A DNA stretch of 36,937 bases from the NCBI RefSeq assembly GCF_001194135.2, contig NC_068994.1, positions 37,515,566-37,552,502 on the forward strand, read 5' to 3'. Every line of letters starts with the position of its first letter. The stretch's first letter is position 1. Shown piece after piece: positions 23,962-35,826 of this stretch. The translations under genes and the position numbers were made by a program. This DNA comes from Octopus bimaculoides. Lineage: Eukaryota. The notes beneath the pieces are model-generated. The model saw nothing but the letters and a program-made list of their open reading frames with translations, made no database searches and was not told where the DNA came from.

Positions 23962-24185
23962 AACAAGGCAGCAAGCTGGCAGAAATGTTAGCACACTGGG
24001 CAAAATGCTTAGCAGTATTTCGTCCATTTTTATGTTCTGAGTTCAAATTCCACCGAGGTCAACTTTGCCTTTCATCCTTTCAGGGTCGATAAATTAAGTA
24101 CCAGTTGGGTACTGGTGTGGTTCTAATTGACTGGCCCCCTCCCCCAAACTTTCGGGCCTTGTGCCTAGAGTAGAAAAGAATATCT
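23962..24185 (+). mobile_element. SINE family A, full length
   Basis: AAGGCAGCAAGCTGGCAGAA..GAGTTCAAATTCCACCGAGGTC..CCTAGAGTAGAAAAGAATA. Confidence 0.9.
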
Positions 24186-24324
24186 TACTGCAAACACCAT
24201 GTTTCTCAGTGGTTCTCAGTACTTTTGACTTTGTAGCATAACAGTGACTAAGCGTAAAAAACCTTGTGAGTGAATTTGTAAAATGGAAACTGTGTGGAAG
24301 ACACACTCATTCACTCATATATAA

Positions 24325-24712
24325 TATTCTTTTATTCTTTTACTTGTTTCAAACATCTGACTGCAGCCATGCTGGAGCACTGCCTTGAAAGGTTTTTAGT
24401 TGAAAAAATTGACCCCAGGACTTATTTTTTAAGCCTAGTGCTTATTCTATCAGTCTCTTTTGCAGAACCACTAAGTTATGGGGGACCTAAACTCACCAAC
24501 ATTGATCATTAAGTGGTGATGGAGACAAACACAGGCACAAAGACAAACATGCATAGATATATACATATGCATATATATAAGTATACCAAATCCACTCACA
24601 AGGGTTTGGCTGGTCTGAGGCTATAGTAGAAGACCAAGGTGTCACACAGTGGGACTGAACCCACCAAACCCTGTGGTTGGGAAGCAAGCTTCTTACCACA
24701 CAGCATGCCTGC
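24325..24712 (-). mobile_element. SINE family B, full length
   Basis: Minus strand reads TGTGTGGTAAGAAGCTTGCTTCCCAACCAC..GGTTCAGTCCCACTG..CCTTGG..TCTTCTACTATAGCC..(AAAGAAT) tail. Confidence 0.85.
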
Positions 24713-24715
24713 ATC

Positions 24716-24995
24716 TTTATCTTTTATCTTTTACTTGTTTCATGTATCAGACTGTGGCCATGATGGGGCACCACCTTGAAGAATTTTTAGTCGAATGAAT
24801 TGACCTCAATACTTATTTTTTTTAAACCTGGGATTTATTCTATCAGTATCTTTAACTGAAACACTAAGTTACAGGGGCTTAAATGCACCAGCACCAGTTA
24901 TCAGGCAGTTGATAAACATAGACACAAAGACACATACACACTTAGATATATATCTATATACATATGTACAGCGAGCTTCTTTCAATTTCTGTCTA
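24716..24995 (-). mobile_element. SINE family B, 5'-truncated
   Basis: TTTTATCTTTTACTTGTTTC..GGGGCACCACCTTGAAG..GCTTCTTTCA. Confidence 0.8.
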
Positions 24996-25080
24996 GTGTA
25001 AACTTTTGATATGTATTTCACAGGAGCTAGTTCTTGAAACCAGTCTTACGCACTTGGTAATTGGAATGGTCAACCAGAAT

Positions 25081-25270
25081 GTTAACCCTTTCCTGGCAAT
25101 AATTTTATTGAAATGTACAACTAATGTATTGCAATTAACTTTTCAAAGTAATGAAGAATTTTGCTGGGGTTTGGTAATTTTGCATAATTAATCAGGCATT
25201 TGGAACATGGTCAAATTATAATACAAGGTTATGCTTTAAATAAGAAAAATTTTAAAACAAGAAGTTTTGT
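25081..25270 (+). repeat. Diverged copy of the 170-bp unit seen at 11.2-12.0 kb
   Basis: TTAACCCTTTC..AATGAAGAATTTTG..TTTGGAACAT. Confidence 0.5.
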
Positions 25271-25697
25271 ATAAAAAACAAAAATACAAAATAAACACAA
25301 AGGGTGCACTTCATTGGAATTGTATCCAAAGGATTAAGTCATCAGAATAAGAATAATTATAATCATAATATTAATGAGATTACAAATGATTGAGTTTGAT
25401 AACAAAGGTGCCTGTATGTGATTACCTCACTTGCTTGAAATAACAGTCAAATTCTCACCAATCACATCTCACAATTTTACAGTAAAAAAAAAAAATGAAA
25501 AAACACTTAGGAAAATATATAGAGTCAGGCAAAAAGACAAGATGCTCATGGTTGGACAGAGACCTCCTCCATCAGAGCTGACCAGAGATAAACAACAACC
25601 ACTTGAGAAATCAGCGGTTTATATATTTTGCTATAAGCACTGCAGTGTGAGTATCACTAGAACAGCAGGTGTCATGATATATCATATACTTCAGGTA

Positions 25698-25738
25698 TTC
25701 GACATGTTTCTTGACATCATATTTTCCTTCATCAGGAA
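25698..25738 (-). ncRNA. Minimal type I hammerhead-like motif with decayed stem II
   Basis: Minus strand TTC-CTGATGA-AGGAAAATATGATGTCAA-GAAAC-AT-GTC-GAA. Confidence 0.5.
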
Positions 25739-25799
25739 GAGATTTTACACACACACACATATATGCTTTAAATGGAGAAGCAGTGACAAGTAACGATCA

Positions 25800-26530
25800 C
25801 TGTGTATCATCATCATCATTTAACGTCCGCTTTCCATGCCAGCATGGGTTGGACAATTTGACTGAGGACTGGTGAACCAGATGGCTGCACTAGGCTCCAA
25901 TCTGATCTGGCAGAGTTTCTACAGCTGGATGCCCTTCTTAAGGCCAACCACTCCGAGAGTGTAGTGGGTGTTTTTACATGCCACCTGCATAGGAGTCAGT
26001 CCAGCGGCGCTGGCAACGACCTCGTTTGAATGTTTTGTTCACATGCCACCAGCACAAGTGCCAGTAAGGTGACACTGGTAATGATCATGCTCAAATGGTG
26101 CATTTTATGTGCCTCTGGCATGGGAACCAGACCGCTGCTCTGGCAGTGATCCAGCTCGGATGGTGCTGTTAGCGCTCCACTTGCACGAGTGCCACTCATC
26201 GAATTTGGTTCAGTTACGATTTCACTTGCCCCAACAGGTCTTCGCAAGCAGAGTTTAGTGTCCAATGAAGAAAGGTTGGCATGGGTGCCAGTCGTCGAAT
26301 TTGGTTCAGTTTCACTTGCCTCAACAGGTCTTCACAAGCAGGGATTTGTGTCCAAAGAAGGAAAGGTACGCATAAGTGGGCTGGCTACAGCCTTGGTAAA
26401 GGCCATAGGTTATGGTCTCACTTGTCTTGCCAGGTCTTCACATGCACAGCATATTTCCAAAGGTCTCCGTCACTAGTCATTGCCTCAGTGAGGCCTAATG
26501 TTTGAAGGTCATGCTTCACCACACCTCTTA
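25800..26530 (-). mobile_element. 5'-truncated RTE LINE 3' end (ORF C-terminus, 3' UTR and (ATG)n tail)
   Basis: Minus strand VVKHDLQTLGLTEAMTSDGDLWKYAVHVKTWQDK* (stop 26418-20); tail CATGGAAAGCGGACGTTAAATGATGATG; about 96-bp tandem duplication 26191-26375 in the UTR. Confidence 0.8.
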
Positions 26531-26564
26531 CATAGAACCAACACCTCTTACACACACACACATT

Positions 26565-26935
26565 TATTCTTTTACTTGTCTCAGTCATTTAACTGCAGCC
26601 ATGCTGGAAATTGACCCAGGTCTTACTCTTTGTAAGCCTAGTATTTATTCTATGGGTCACTTTTTGCTGAACTGCAAGATTAGAGATGTAAACACACCAA
26701 CATTGGTTGTCAAGCAATGATGGGGAGACAAACACATAAACATATACATATATATATATATATATACATATATACGATGAGCTTCTTTCAGTTTCTGTCT
26801 ACCAAATCCCACTCACAAAGCTTTGGTCAGTCCAAGTTGCCACGCAGTGGGACTGAACCCAGAACCAAGCTTCTTACCACACAGCCTGAACCCAGAACCA
26901 AACTTTTTACCACACGGAACCAAACTTTGCCTGTG
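26565..26935 (-). mobile_element. SINE family B with duplicated head segment
   Basis: Family B body; CTGAACCCAGAACCAA..TTACCACAC repeated two to three times at 26852-26925. Confidence 0.8.
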
Positions 26936-27419
26936 CCTATATATATATATATATATATATATATANNNNNNNNNNNNNNNNNNNNNNNNNNNNNNNNNNN
27001 NNNNNNNNNNNNNNNNNNNNNNNNNNNNNNNNNNNNNNNNNNNNNNNNNNNNNNNNNNNNNNNNNNNNNNNNNNNNNNNNNNNNNNNNNNNNNNNNNNNN
27101 NNNNNNNNNNNNNNNNNNNNNNNNNNNNNNNNNNNNNNNNNNNNNNNNNNNNNNNNNNNNNNNNNNNNNNNNNNNNNNNNNNNNNNNNNNNNNNNNNNNN
27201 NNNNNNNNNNNNNNNNNNNNNNNNNNNNNNNNNNNNNNNNNNNNNNNNNNNNNNNNNNNNNNNNNNNNNNNNNNNNNNNNNNNNNNNNNNNNNNNNNNNN
27301 NNNNNNNNNNNNNNNNNNNNNNNNNNNNNNNNNNNNNNNNNNNNNNNNNNNNNNNNNNNNNNNNNNNNNNNNNNNNNNNNNNNNNNNNNNNNNNNNNNNN
27401 NNNNNNNNNNNNNNNNNNN

Positions 27420-27622
27420 AAGTCAACCTCAGCGGAATTTGAACTCACTATGTTCCAATAGACAAAATACTGCTCAGCATTTCATCCAGCGTGCTAATGA
27501 TTCTACCAGCTCGCCACCTTAAAAATTGACCTCTGAAGAATTTGAACTCAGAACATAAGGATGGACAAAATGCCATTAAGCATTTTGCCCGGCATGCTAA
27601 CAATTCTGCCAGCTTGCCACCT
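27420..27622 (-). mobile_element. Two tandem SINE family A 5' fragments
   Basis: GAATTTGAACTCA..GCATTT..CCAGCT(C/T)GCCACCTTA occurs twice; the first runs into the gap. Confidence 0.8.
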
Positions 27623-28099
27623 TATAAATATATATATAATCAAAATGAGCTGTGTATGCATCATCTTCCCCATTGTAGTCATCATTATTTAACATCCGCT
27701 TCCAGTGCTCAATGTATATTTCTGTTAAGGTAGCAAACTGACAGAATGATTACTTTTGTCTGACTTCATGTTCTGAGTTCAATTTCTGCCAAGGTTGATT
27801 TCAGCTGCCACAAGAAAGGAAGATGGTATTATTTGTTCATTTATTTTGAGCATTTGGTTGAACAGTATTACTCAGGCAAAAACATGGAAATGTGTATAGT
27901 AGCAACAACAAGAATCAAAGGATTGTAGGTCTGATCATGAAAGGGAATAAAATCTGATATTTCTCTACCTAATTTAGGGCTGCCACAAATCACTCAGGGT
28001 AGTCTACAGAGGTTTACTACTAAATTTCGAAAAGTTAGTTGAGGGGAAAGAAAAAACCTCCTTCAGTCATAAATGACCCTCTGAGGCACAAATTTGGGC

Positions 28100-28356
28100 A
28101 AGGTTGTTAATGGAAGACCAGTAGTCACCCATGTATACCAGCCTCCCCACTCCACACCACTGATGTTATCTAAGGGAGAGGCAAAAGTTGATACAGCTTG
28201 GCATCAGGGACAATGGAACTCATTTCTACAGCTGAGTGAACTGGAGCAATGTGAAATAAAGTGTCTTGCTCAAGAAGACAACACATATCCCGGTCTGGGA
28301 ATCAAACTCATTGCCTCATGAATGTGAGCCCAATGCTCTAACCACTGAGCCATGCA
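28100..28356 (-). mobile_element. tRNA-head plus CORE SINE, family D
   Basis: Minus strand TGGCTCAGTGGTTAGAGC (A box), GAGTTTGATTCC (B box), TTGAGCAAGACACTTTATTTCACATTGCTCCAG (CORE-like). Confidence 0.75.
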
Positions 28357-28669
28357 ATTATAAGTATTCAAAAAAATTGACGTGTATTGAAGATTTGTCA
28401 ATCATTCAAATAGGAAGAAACTTATAACGATTCACTGGAAATTAAGATAATCAGCTTGCAGTAAATGATGAAGTTTGTAAAACTAATGACTAGGGATCAT
28501 AACAAAACTATAATTGATATAATAAAGTAATAGGAAATAGATAGTAGAGGAAATTCAAACAAAACATATTGAAATAAATATTAAAAAATGAAATGAGAAG
28601 GTAATAGTAAAAATATGAATTTAAAAAGAATATTTCCTTATAAATATATGAAATAGAAAAAAAGTTGAG

Positions 28670-29058
28670 AGGCATGGCTGTTTGGTAAGAAGTTGTTTTT
28701 CAACCACACAGTTCCAGGTTCAGTCCCACTATGAGGTACCTTGGACAAGTGTCTCCTGTTATAGCCTCAGGCCAGCCAAAGCCTTATTAGTGGATTTGGT
28801 AGATGAAAACTGAAAGAAGCCCATTGTATATGTGTGTGTGTGTGTATTTGTCTCCCACCACCGCTTGACAACTGGTGTTGATGTGTTTACACCCACAAAA
28901 CTTAGTGGTTCAACAGCAGAAACTGATAGAATAAGTACTAGGCTTAATAAAAAAAAGTCCTGGGGTTGATTCCTTCGACTAAAACTCTTCAAGATAATGC
29001 TCCGGCATGGCCTCAGACAAATGACTGAAACATGTAAAAGATAAAAGATAAAAGATAA
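28670..29058 (+). mobile_element. SINE family B, full length with (AAAGAT)n tail
   Basis: TGGCTGTTTGGTAAG..GGTTCAGTCCCAC..CCTTGGACAAGTGTC..ATGACTGAAACATGTAAAAGATAAAAGAT. Confidence 0.85.
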
Positions 29059-29324
29059 ACCTTGCATAATTCAAATTAATAAAATAAATATGCTATTTGT
29101 GCTAAAGAATTGGACTGAGTTACTATATTCAGGTGTTCTAAGTGATTAATTTTGAAGAGAATGATTTGAAGGCTTTCTCATAAAAAGCTTCACATCTTAA
29201 GACTAGTTCATGTCTCTCATTCAAAATAGTAGATTCTGATGTAAGGATAAACAGTGATTCTTTGAGGTAACTGTCACATTTAGCTTTTCCTACATTGTAA
29301 GGTAGCACACTGCTCAATATTCTT

Positions 29325-29515
29325 TTCTACTCTAGGCACAAGGCCCCAAATTTTTGGATCAAGCCCAGTACGCAACTGGTACTTAATTTATTGACCCTGA
29401 AAGGATGAAAGGCAAAGTTGACCTTGATGGAATTTGAACTCAGAATGTAAAGACAGATGAAACACCACTAAACATTTTGCCCAGTGTGCTACCGTTTCTG
29501 CCAGCTTGATACCTT
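29325..29515 (-). mobile_element. SINE family A
   Basis: TTTTCTACTCTAGGCACAAGGCCC..AAAGGATGAAAGGCAAAGTTGACC..CTGCCAGCTTG. Confidence 0.85.
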
Positions 29516-30066
29516 ACACAGTGCTCAATATCGACTATTTAACCTTATTGTGATGAGTATAACCATTCCAGTCATGTATTATCTTCCTCAAGGTACTAAT
29601 TATGTATATTATTCTTATTGTAACGCGAAGGTAGTCCAAATTTCCAGTAGATCTATTTGTACTAAACTTATTCTGAGAGTATCCCCCCTTATGTGCATTT
29701 AGCTTTACTTTTTTTCCTTGGAGAAGAGTGTTCCAGTATCCATTCTTCTATTTACACCACCAGTTTCATGATTAAATTTCCTATTATAACATTATAGCGA
29801 GTTCTAAAAATTTTGCTGATAATATTGTAGTAGTCATTACAATTATCATTCACCTACTGTTTAACATTATTATCCTTGTCAGAATTACTATTAGGGGTGT
29901 ATTTAATCATTTCTTTTTATCCCACTTCAGCTGAGGCTGAGTTATAATGAAGATTAAACAGTGGAACTAAATCTCTCCAGTTTTTATCTGAAACATTTGT
30001 AAGTCTTCAATAAATATACAAAAATTTATTATTTGTATTATATATATATATATATGTGTGTGTGTG

Positions 30067-30121
<55 letters not shown>

Positions 30122-31067
30122 ATGTATGTATGTATGTATGTATGTATGTATGTATGTATGTATGTATNNNNNNNNNNNNNNNNNNNNNNNNNNNNNNNNN
30201 NNNNNNNNNNNNNNNNNNNNNNNNNNNNNNNNNNNNNNNNNNNNNNNNNNNNNNNNNNNNNNNNNNNNNNNNNNNNNNNNNNNNNNNNNNNNNNNNNNNN
30301 NNNNNNNNNNNNNNNNNNNNNNNNNNNNNNNNNNNNNNNNNNNNNNNNNNNNNNNNNNNNNNNNNNNNNNNNNNNNNNNNNNNNNNNNNNNNNNNNNNNN
30401 NNNNNNNNNNNNNNNNNNNNNNNNNNNNNNNNNNNNNNNNNNNNNNNNNNNNNNNNNNNNNNNNNNNNNNNNNNNNNNNNNNNNNNNNNNNNNNNNNNNN
30501 NNNNNNNNNNNNNNNNNNNNNNNNNNNNNNNNNNNNNNNNNNNNNNNNNNNNNNNNNNNNNNNNNNNNNNNNNNNNNNNNNNNNNNNNNNNNNNNNNNNN
30601 NNNNNNNNNNNNNNNNNNNNNNNNNNNNNNNNNNNNNNNNNNNNNNNNNNNNNNNNNNNNNNNNNNNNNNNNNNNNNNNNNNNNNNNNNNNNNNNNNNNN
30701 NNNNNNNNNNNNNNNNNNNNNNNNNNNNNNNNNNNNNNNNNNNNNNNNNNNNNNNNNNNNNNNNNNNNNNNNNNNNNNNNNNNNNNNNNNNNNNNNNNNN
30801 NNNNNNNNNNNNNNNNNNNNNNNNNNNNNNNNNNNNNNNNNNNNNNNNNNNNNNNNNNNNNNNNNNNNNNNNNNNNNNNNNNNNNNNNNNNNNNNNNNNN
30901 NNNNNNNNNNNNNNNNNNNNNNNNNNNNNNNNNNNNNNNNNNNNNNNNGTGTGTGTGGGGGGGGGGGTGAAGACAGACAATAAAACACTTACACATATGC
31001 ATGTATGTATGTATGTATGCATGTGTGTGTGCATGTATGTATGTATATATGTATATATGTGTGTGTG

Positions 31068-31303
31068 TATTAGGAAACATAATAAGGTACGCAGAGATCT
31101 GGATGATTGTACATTTACAGATTTTTATTAATATGCCACATGTTTTTATAAATCATATTAGCGCTTGCATTTACTCTAATAGATTCTTCAGATTTGAAAT
31201 TTGAAGAATCTATTAGAGTAGATGCAAGTGCTAATATATGATTTAAAAATCTGTAAATGTACAACCATCCAGATCTCTGAGTACCTTATTATTTTATCTA
31301 ATA
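31068..31303. repeat. About 236-bp palindrome (foldback) with inverted HHR-like motifs
   Basis: AATAAGGTAC.CAGAGATCTGGATG.TTGTACATTTACAGATTTT pairs with AAAATCTGTAAATGTACAACCATCCAGATCTCTG.GTACCTTATT; inner arms pair around 31191-31201; unpaired segment of about 25 nt in the left arm. Confidence 0.95.
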
Positions 31304-31389
31304 TGTAATACCTGTACATCACCTCTAAACCTTCTAATATATATATATGTATATATGCATATATAAGTGTGTGTGTGTGTGTGTGTATA

Positions 31390-31446
31390 AATATTCTTTT
31401 ATTCTTTTACTCATTTCAGTCATGTGGCTACGGTCATGCAGGAGCA

Positions 31447-31534
<88 letters not shown>

Positions 31535-31715
31535 ACTCACACACATATGTGCATATACATACATACATACATATATATGATGGGCTTTCACACAGTTTCC
31601 ATCAATCAAATTCATTCGCATGCCATTAATCAGCCCTGGGCTACAGAAGACTCTTGCCTAAGGTGCCATACAGTGGGACTGAATCCCTAACCAACTGGTT
31701 GCAAAGCTAGCTTTT
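31390..31715 (-). mobile_element. SINE family B with its middle replaced by (TA)n
   Basis: TTCAGTCATGTGGCTACGGTCATGCAGGAGCACC/(TA)n/GGGCTTTC..CCTAAGGTGCCATACAGTGGGACTGAA. Confidence 0.75.
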
Positions 31716-32420
31716 TAACTACAATCAATTTAACCACAATCAATTTATTTTCAAATAACCAATATTTTTATTGAATTTCAATTTTGTATAAATGATTTTG
31801 GCTTTCATATAATCGATAAATTGTCCAGCATATCTTGAAGACTAGTAAAAAAAAAAACAAAAAAAACAAATTGGATTATGAAATCATGTTTTATTTTCTT
31901 TATTTTTTATTTAGCAATCATTGATGACAAATTTAGACTTCGTAGTTGCAGTCATTTCTGAGATAACCAGAGTGGACACTTAAGCAATCAATCAAGCAAA
32001 CAAACTGAATATTAAAAAAGCCATCTATATTTTTAGTATAGAAAATGGATATTTTGGAAGAGAGACAGAATGTTAGTAGTACCACAACAACAACAAAATC
32101 ATCATAAACCACCTCCTCCTCCCCATCATCATCATCATGAACAGTGGCAACAACAACAACAACAGTTATAATAATAATAAAAGAGCACATTCACATGGTA
32201 AATGAATTTATCCAGCCTGCCTTTCCTCCCCACTGTTATCACTTAATCAAGACAGAGGGGCAGCACCCATCTTCTCAAGAACTCTGTGACTGATGAAAAG
32301 GAAGAAAAGTGAAGTTATCCTCAAACCAAAGACCTAGGTTAACTCTTTAGGATTTAATCTGGCCATGTCCAGCCAAAATATTCTACCTGTTTTATGNNNN
32401 NNNNNNACCAAAGACCTAGG

Positions 32421-32649
32421 TTAACTCTTTAGGATTTAATCTGGCCATGTCCAGCCAAAATATTCTACCTGTTTTATGTTCAAGCCAAACAGATCCAATC
32501 TCTCACACCTTCTTTATAATGTCATTCTCAAAATGAACAATCACATCATCAAAATCTTGAAGCTATAACATAATGTACCATAAATTGAAAACAATGTAAA
32601 GAAATAAGCATTACAGTTGACAGAGTAATCATAGTGCATAAAGGGTTAA
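32421..32649 (+). mobile_element. About 230-bp piggyBac-like MITE
   Basis: TTAA at both ends; degenerate TIR CTCTTTAG/..TAAAGGG; colinear with 7220-7451. Confidence 0.6.
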
Positions 32650-33902
32650 ATATCTGCTGCAGAATGGCCTCCCCTAAAGGTACCAGCTTAATAACTGGGT
32701 GATGAAGTCTAACACTTACATCAACCATAGTGAAATTTGAGCTCAGAATGCAAAAAGCTCCAGCTCGAACAAATCTACCGATCCATGATTTTAGGCTGGT
32801 TACTTTATCTATTGACCCTAGAAGAATTGAAAGCAGATGTAAAATTGACAGGATTTTAATTTAAAATTCAAAGAGCCAGAATAAATACCACAAGACACTC
32901 ATCAAACACTTCTTTCCATTCACCACTTATATGCTATAACAGATACAGTACGGTACTTGCTTATTCAGAAATTGAGTTCTGCGAAAAAAATTTTATTTGA
33001 ATGTAAACGTCTTTGAATCATACACCATATTGTAAGTGTGAGAGGAATACATCTTAGCACTGTAAACCACCAAACTTCCTTCTGTTTCCAGTTTTGTTCA
33101 GAGTTTCATTAGATTATTCTCTTTCCCCTCTCTAACTTTCCCTCTGTCTGTTTCTACATATCCCCCTCCTCTCACTCTCTCTCTCTCTCTACTTCTACCT
33201 GTATTGTGCAGCCACTTAAGTAGAAGAGGGAATTTTCTTACTTGCTTGCTTCTCTCAAGAGTATTAGAGATATAAGCAAACAAAAATGGTCACAAATTGA
33301 AATAGCTTATATTGAAAATCAAAACTGGATTTCTTATCTTTACTACAGTGCTTGTCACAGCATTTCATTTTAGTCGAAATATTAAAACACTTTTCAATGA
33401 CATTTTAATTTAATGTATATTTTACTTCCAGAAGACATTCTACATTTTCATACACACACACACAAATATATATATATATATGTGTGTGTATTTACATACA
33501 TATGTGTGTGAGTGTGTGTGCGTGTGTGTATATAAGAGATAGCAAAATTTTTAAATCATAAGTAGATACGAAATACCATCCTTCTAGACTTCTAATATTT
33601 CAATCTCATTCAGTTAATGTAAATATTTAATTGAACCAGGAAACTAGAATTATTGTGTCTTGTAAATAATGAATCACTAGATATTTATTCTAATCTTCTG
33701 GGTCGTTAAAATAATGTTCTTGGAATTATTTCGTGATGTTTGAAAGAATTTGATGTTTCACAGAGAAAGATTATACTGAAGTTAATTCAATCAAATCACC
33801 CCTTCCCAATGAAAGTTGGTTTGTACCTATTTGAGGAATCATTATGGTTTTAGAGAATAGTATTGTGTTTAATTCTTAGGAAAACTTACATCGTCAGCAC
33901 GT

Positions 33903-34315
33903 ATCTTTTTATCTTTTACTTGTTTCAGTCATTAGGCCGTGGCCATGTTGGGGCACCATCTTGAAGCACTTTTAAATGAATCAGTCGACCCTGCCCAGTA
34001 CTTGTTTTTGCCTTTCAGTCCTGGTACTTATTCTATCAGTCTCTTTTTGCCGAACTGCTAAGTTATGGGGATGTAAATAAACCAACAACATTTGTTTAGT
34101 AGTGGTGGAGGACAAACACACACACACACATGTATATGACAGGATTCTTTCAGTTTCCATTTACCAAATCTGCTCACTAAGTTCTGGTCAGCCCAAGGCT
34201 ATAGTAGAGGACACTTGCCCAAGGTGCCATGGATTCCAAAACACACGCTTCTGGATTCAGTGGGATTGAACCCAGAACCATGTGTTTGGAAGCAAGCTTC
34301 TTACCACACACCTAC
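33903..34315 (-). mobile_element. SINE family B, full length
   Basis: TTTTATCTTTTACTTGTTTCAGTCATT..GACACTTGCCCAAGGTGCCA..AAGCTTCTTACCACAC. Confidence 0.85.
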
Positions 34316-34329
34316 ACCTGTATTTATGT

Positions 34330-34500
34330 TCATTTTTATCATTTAATTTTTTTAAGCTTGATATTTATTTTATCAGGGTCTCTTGTTGAGACACTAAGCT
34401 ATGGGAACATAAACAAACCAACATCAGTTAGCTGTGCCAGTAGGAGAAATGTGGAAAACACAGATACAATGACACACACTGATAGACATAGAAATATATG
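34330..34500 (-). mobile_element. SINE family B, internal fragment
   Basis: ATTTATTTTATCAGGGTCTC..ACTAAGCTATGGGAACATAAACAAACCAACA. Confidence 0.55.
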
Positions 34501-34516
34501 CATGTATGTATATATA

Positions 34517-34549
<33 letters not shown>

Positions 34550-34740
34550 GTATGTTTGTGTGTGTATATGTATATATGCATACACATATATATTCACAAT
34601 TTAGGTTAGTTGAAATATGTTTGTCACATATTTCAACTGCTAAAGGCAAATACACTGCAGTTACCATGGAGAAAAAAATCTCTCTTATGGTAAAAAGGTG
34701 TGGAAACACCCTATTCATTCAGTGTCACCCTCTCTCAGGA

Positions 34741-34787
34741 ATCTTAGACATCGATGTTTCGAGTTTATTGACTCTTGTTGATGAGAG
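34741..34787 (-). ncRNA. Type I hammerhead, U3-A8 variant (G5A-decayed copy)
   Basis: Minus strand CTCTCA-TCAACAA-GAGT-CAATAA-ACTC-GAAAC-ATCGAT-GTC-TAAGAT. Confidence 0.65.
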
Positions 34788-34791
34788 GTAC

Positions 34792-34838
34792 ATCTCATCG
34801 ACAAGAGTCAATAAACTCAAAACATCGATGTCTGAGAT
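34792..34838 (+). ncRNA. Type I hammerhead, U3-A8 variant (G12A-decayed copy)
   Basis: ATCTCA-TCGACAA-GAGT-CAATAA-ACTC-AAAAC-ATCGAT-GTC-TGAGAT; perfect 6-bp stem I, 4-bp stem II, palindromic ACATCGATGT stem III. Confidence 0.7.
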
Positions 34839-35826
34839 TCCCGAGAGGAGGCAACACTGAATGAATGGGGTGTTTCCACACCTTTTTACAATAAGAGAGA
34901 TTTTTTNNNNNNNNNNNNNNNNNNNNNNNNNNNNNNNNNNNNNNNNNNNNNNNNNNNNNNNNNNNNNNNNNNNNNNNNNNNNNNNNNNNNNNNNNNNNNN
35001 NNNNNNNNNNNNNNNNNNNNNNNNNNNNNNNNNNNNNNNNNNNNNNNNNNNNNNNNNNNNNNNNNNNNNNNNNNNNNNNNNNNNNNNNNNNNNNNNNNNN
35101 NNNNNNNNNNNNNNNNNNNNNNNNNNNNNNNNNNNNNNNNNNNNNNNNNNNNNNNNNNNNNNNNNNNNNNNNNNNNNNNNNNNNNNNNNNNNNNNNNNNN
35201 NNNNNNNNNNNNNNNNNNNNNNNNNNNNNNNNNNNNNNNNNNNNNNNNNNNNNNNNNNNNNNNNNNNNNNNNNNNNNNNNNNNNNNNNNNNNNNNNNNNN
35301 NNNNNNNNNNNNNNNNNNNNNNNNNNNNNNNNNNNNNNNNNNNNNNNNNNNNNNNNNNNNNNNNNNNNNNNNNNNNNNNNNNNNNNNNNNNNNNNNNNNN
35401 NNNNNNNNNNNNNNNNNNNNNNNNNNNNNNNNNNNNNNNNNNNNNNNNNNNNNNNNNNNNNNNNNNGCAATCACTTCTAAGGAAAGGGAAGGTGTAAGCA
35501 TTATACATGGATATGGTTATAAAGGTTTCTCTGGTCAGAGTGGCAACACTATTTTAGGTTGGTTTTTTTTTTACTGCTATCATAATGTTGGGGAATTAAA
35601 CCTTAAGCATTTAGGTCAACAGGGCTTTTTCTTTAGTCTGAATAAAGCATCAGTATTGTTTTATATATACTAAGTATGGGAAATTTATAGATATCAATAT
35701 TAGCTTAATTAATATGTTAATAATAAGAAGTATGTTAATAATAAAATTGTTAATAAGAAAATTGTTAATAAGAAAAATAAGTCAGTAAATGGTGGAGTTG
35801 TGTTAACTGCATGTGGAGAAATAATG

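Larger units (their letters stand above)
34672..34906. repeat. Near-perfect spacerless palindrome (arms at least 117 bp, centre 34789/34790) with two inverted HHRs
   Basis: Arms pair along their whole length with scattered mismatches; the right arm runs into the N gap; the ORF track shows near-identical translations on both strands. Confidence 0.97.

Noticed and set aside
25010-25040. GAGCTAGTTCTTGAAACCAGTC resembling the 3' half of a hammerhead
   Set aside because: There is no recognisable CUGANGA core or stem I; too degenerate to support.
28290-28356. tRNA-like A/B boxes here and in the SINE A and B heads
   Set aside because: No complete cloverleaf or anticodon arm is evident, and each is fused to a SINE body, so they are not called tRNA genes.
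32325-32478. Exact 72-bp direct duplication (32325-32396 and 32407-32478)
   Set aside because: The copies sit on either side of a 10-N gap, typical of an unmerged contig overlap (assembly artefact).
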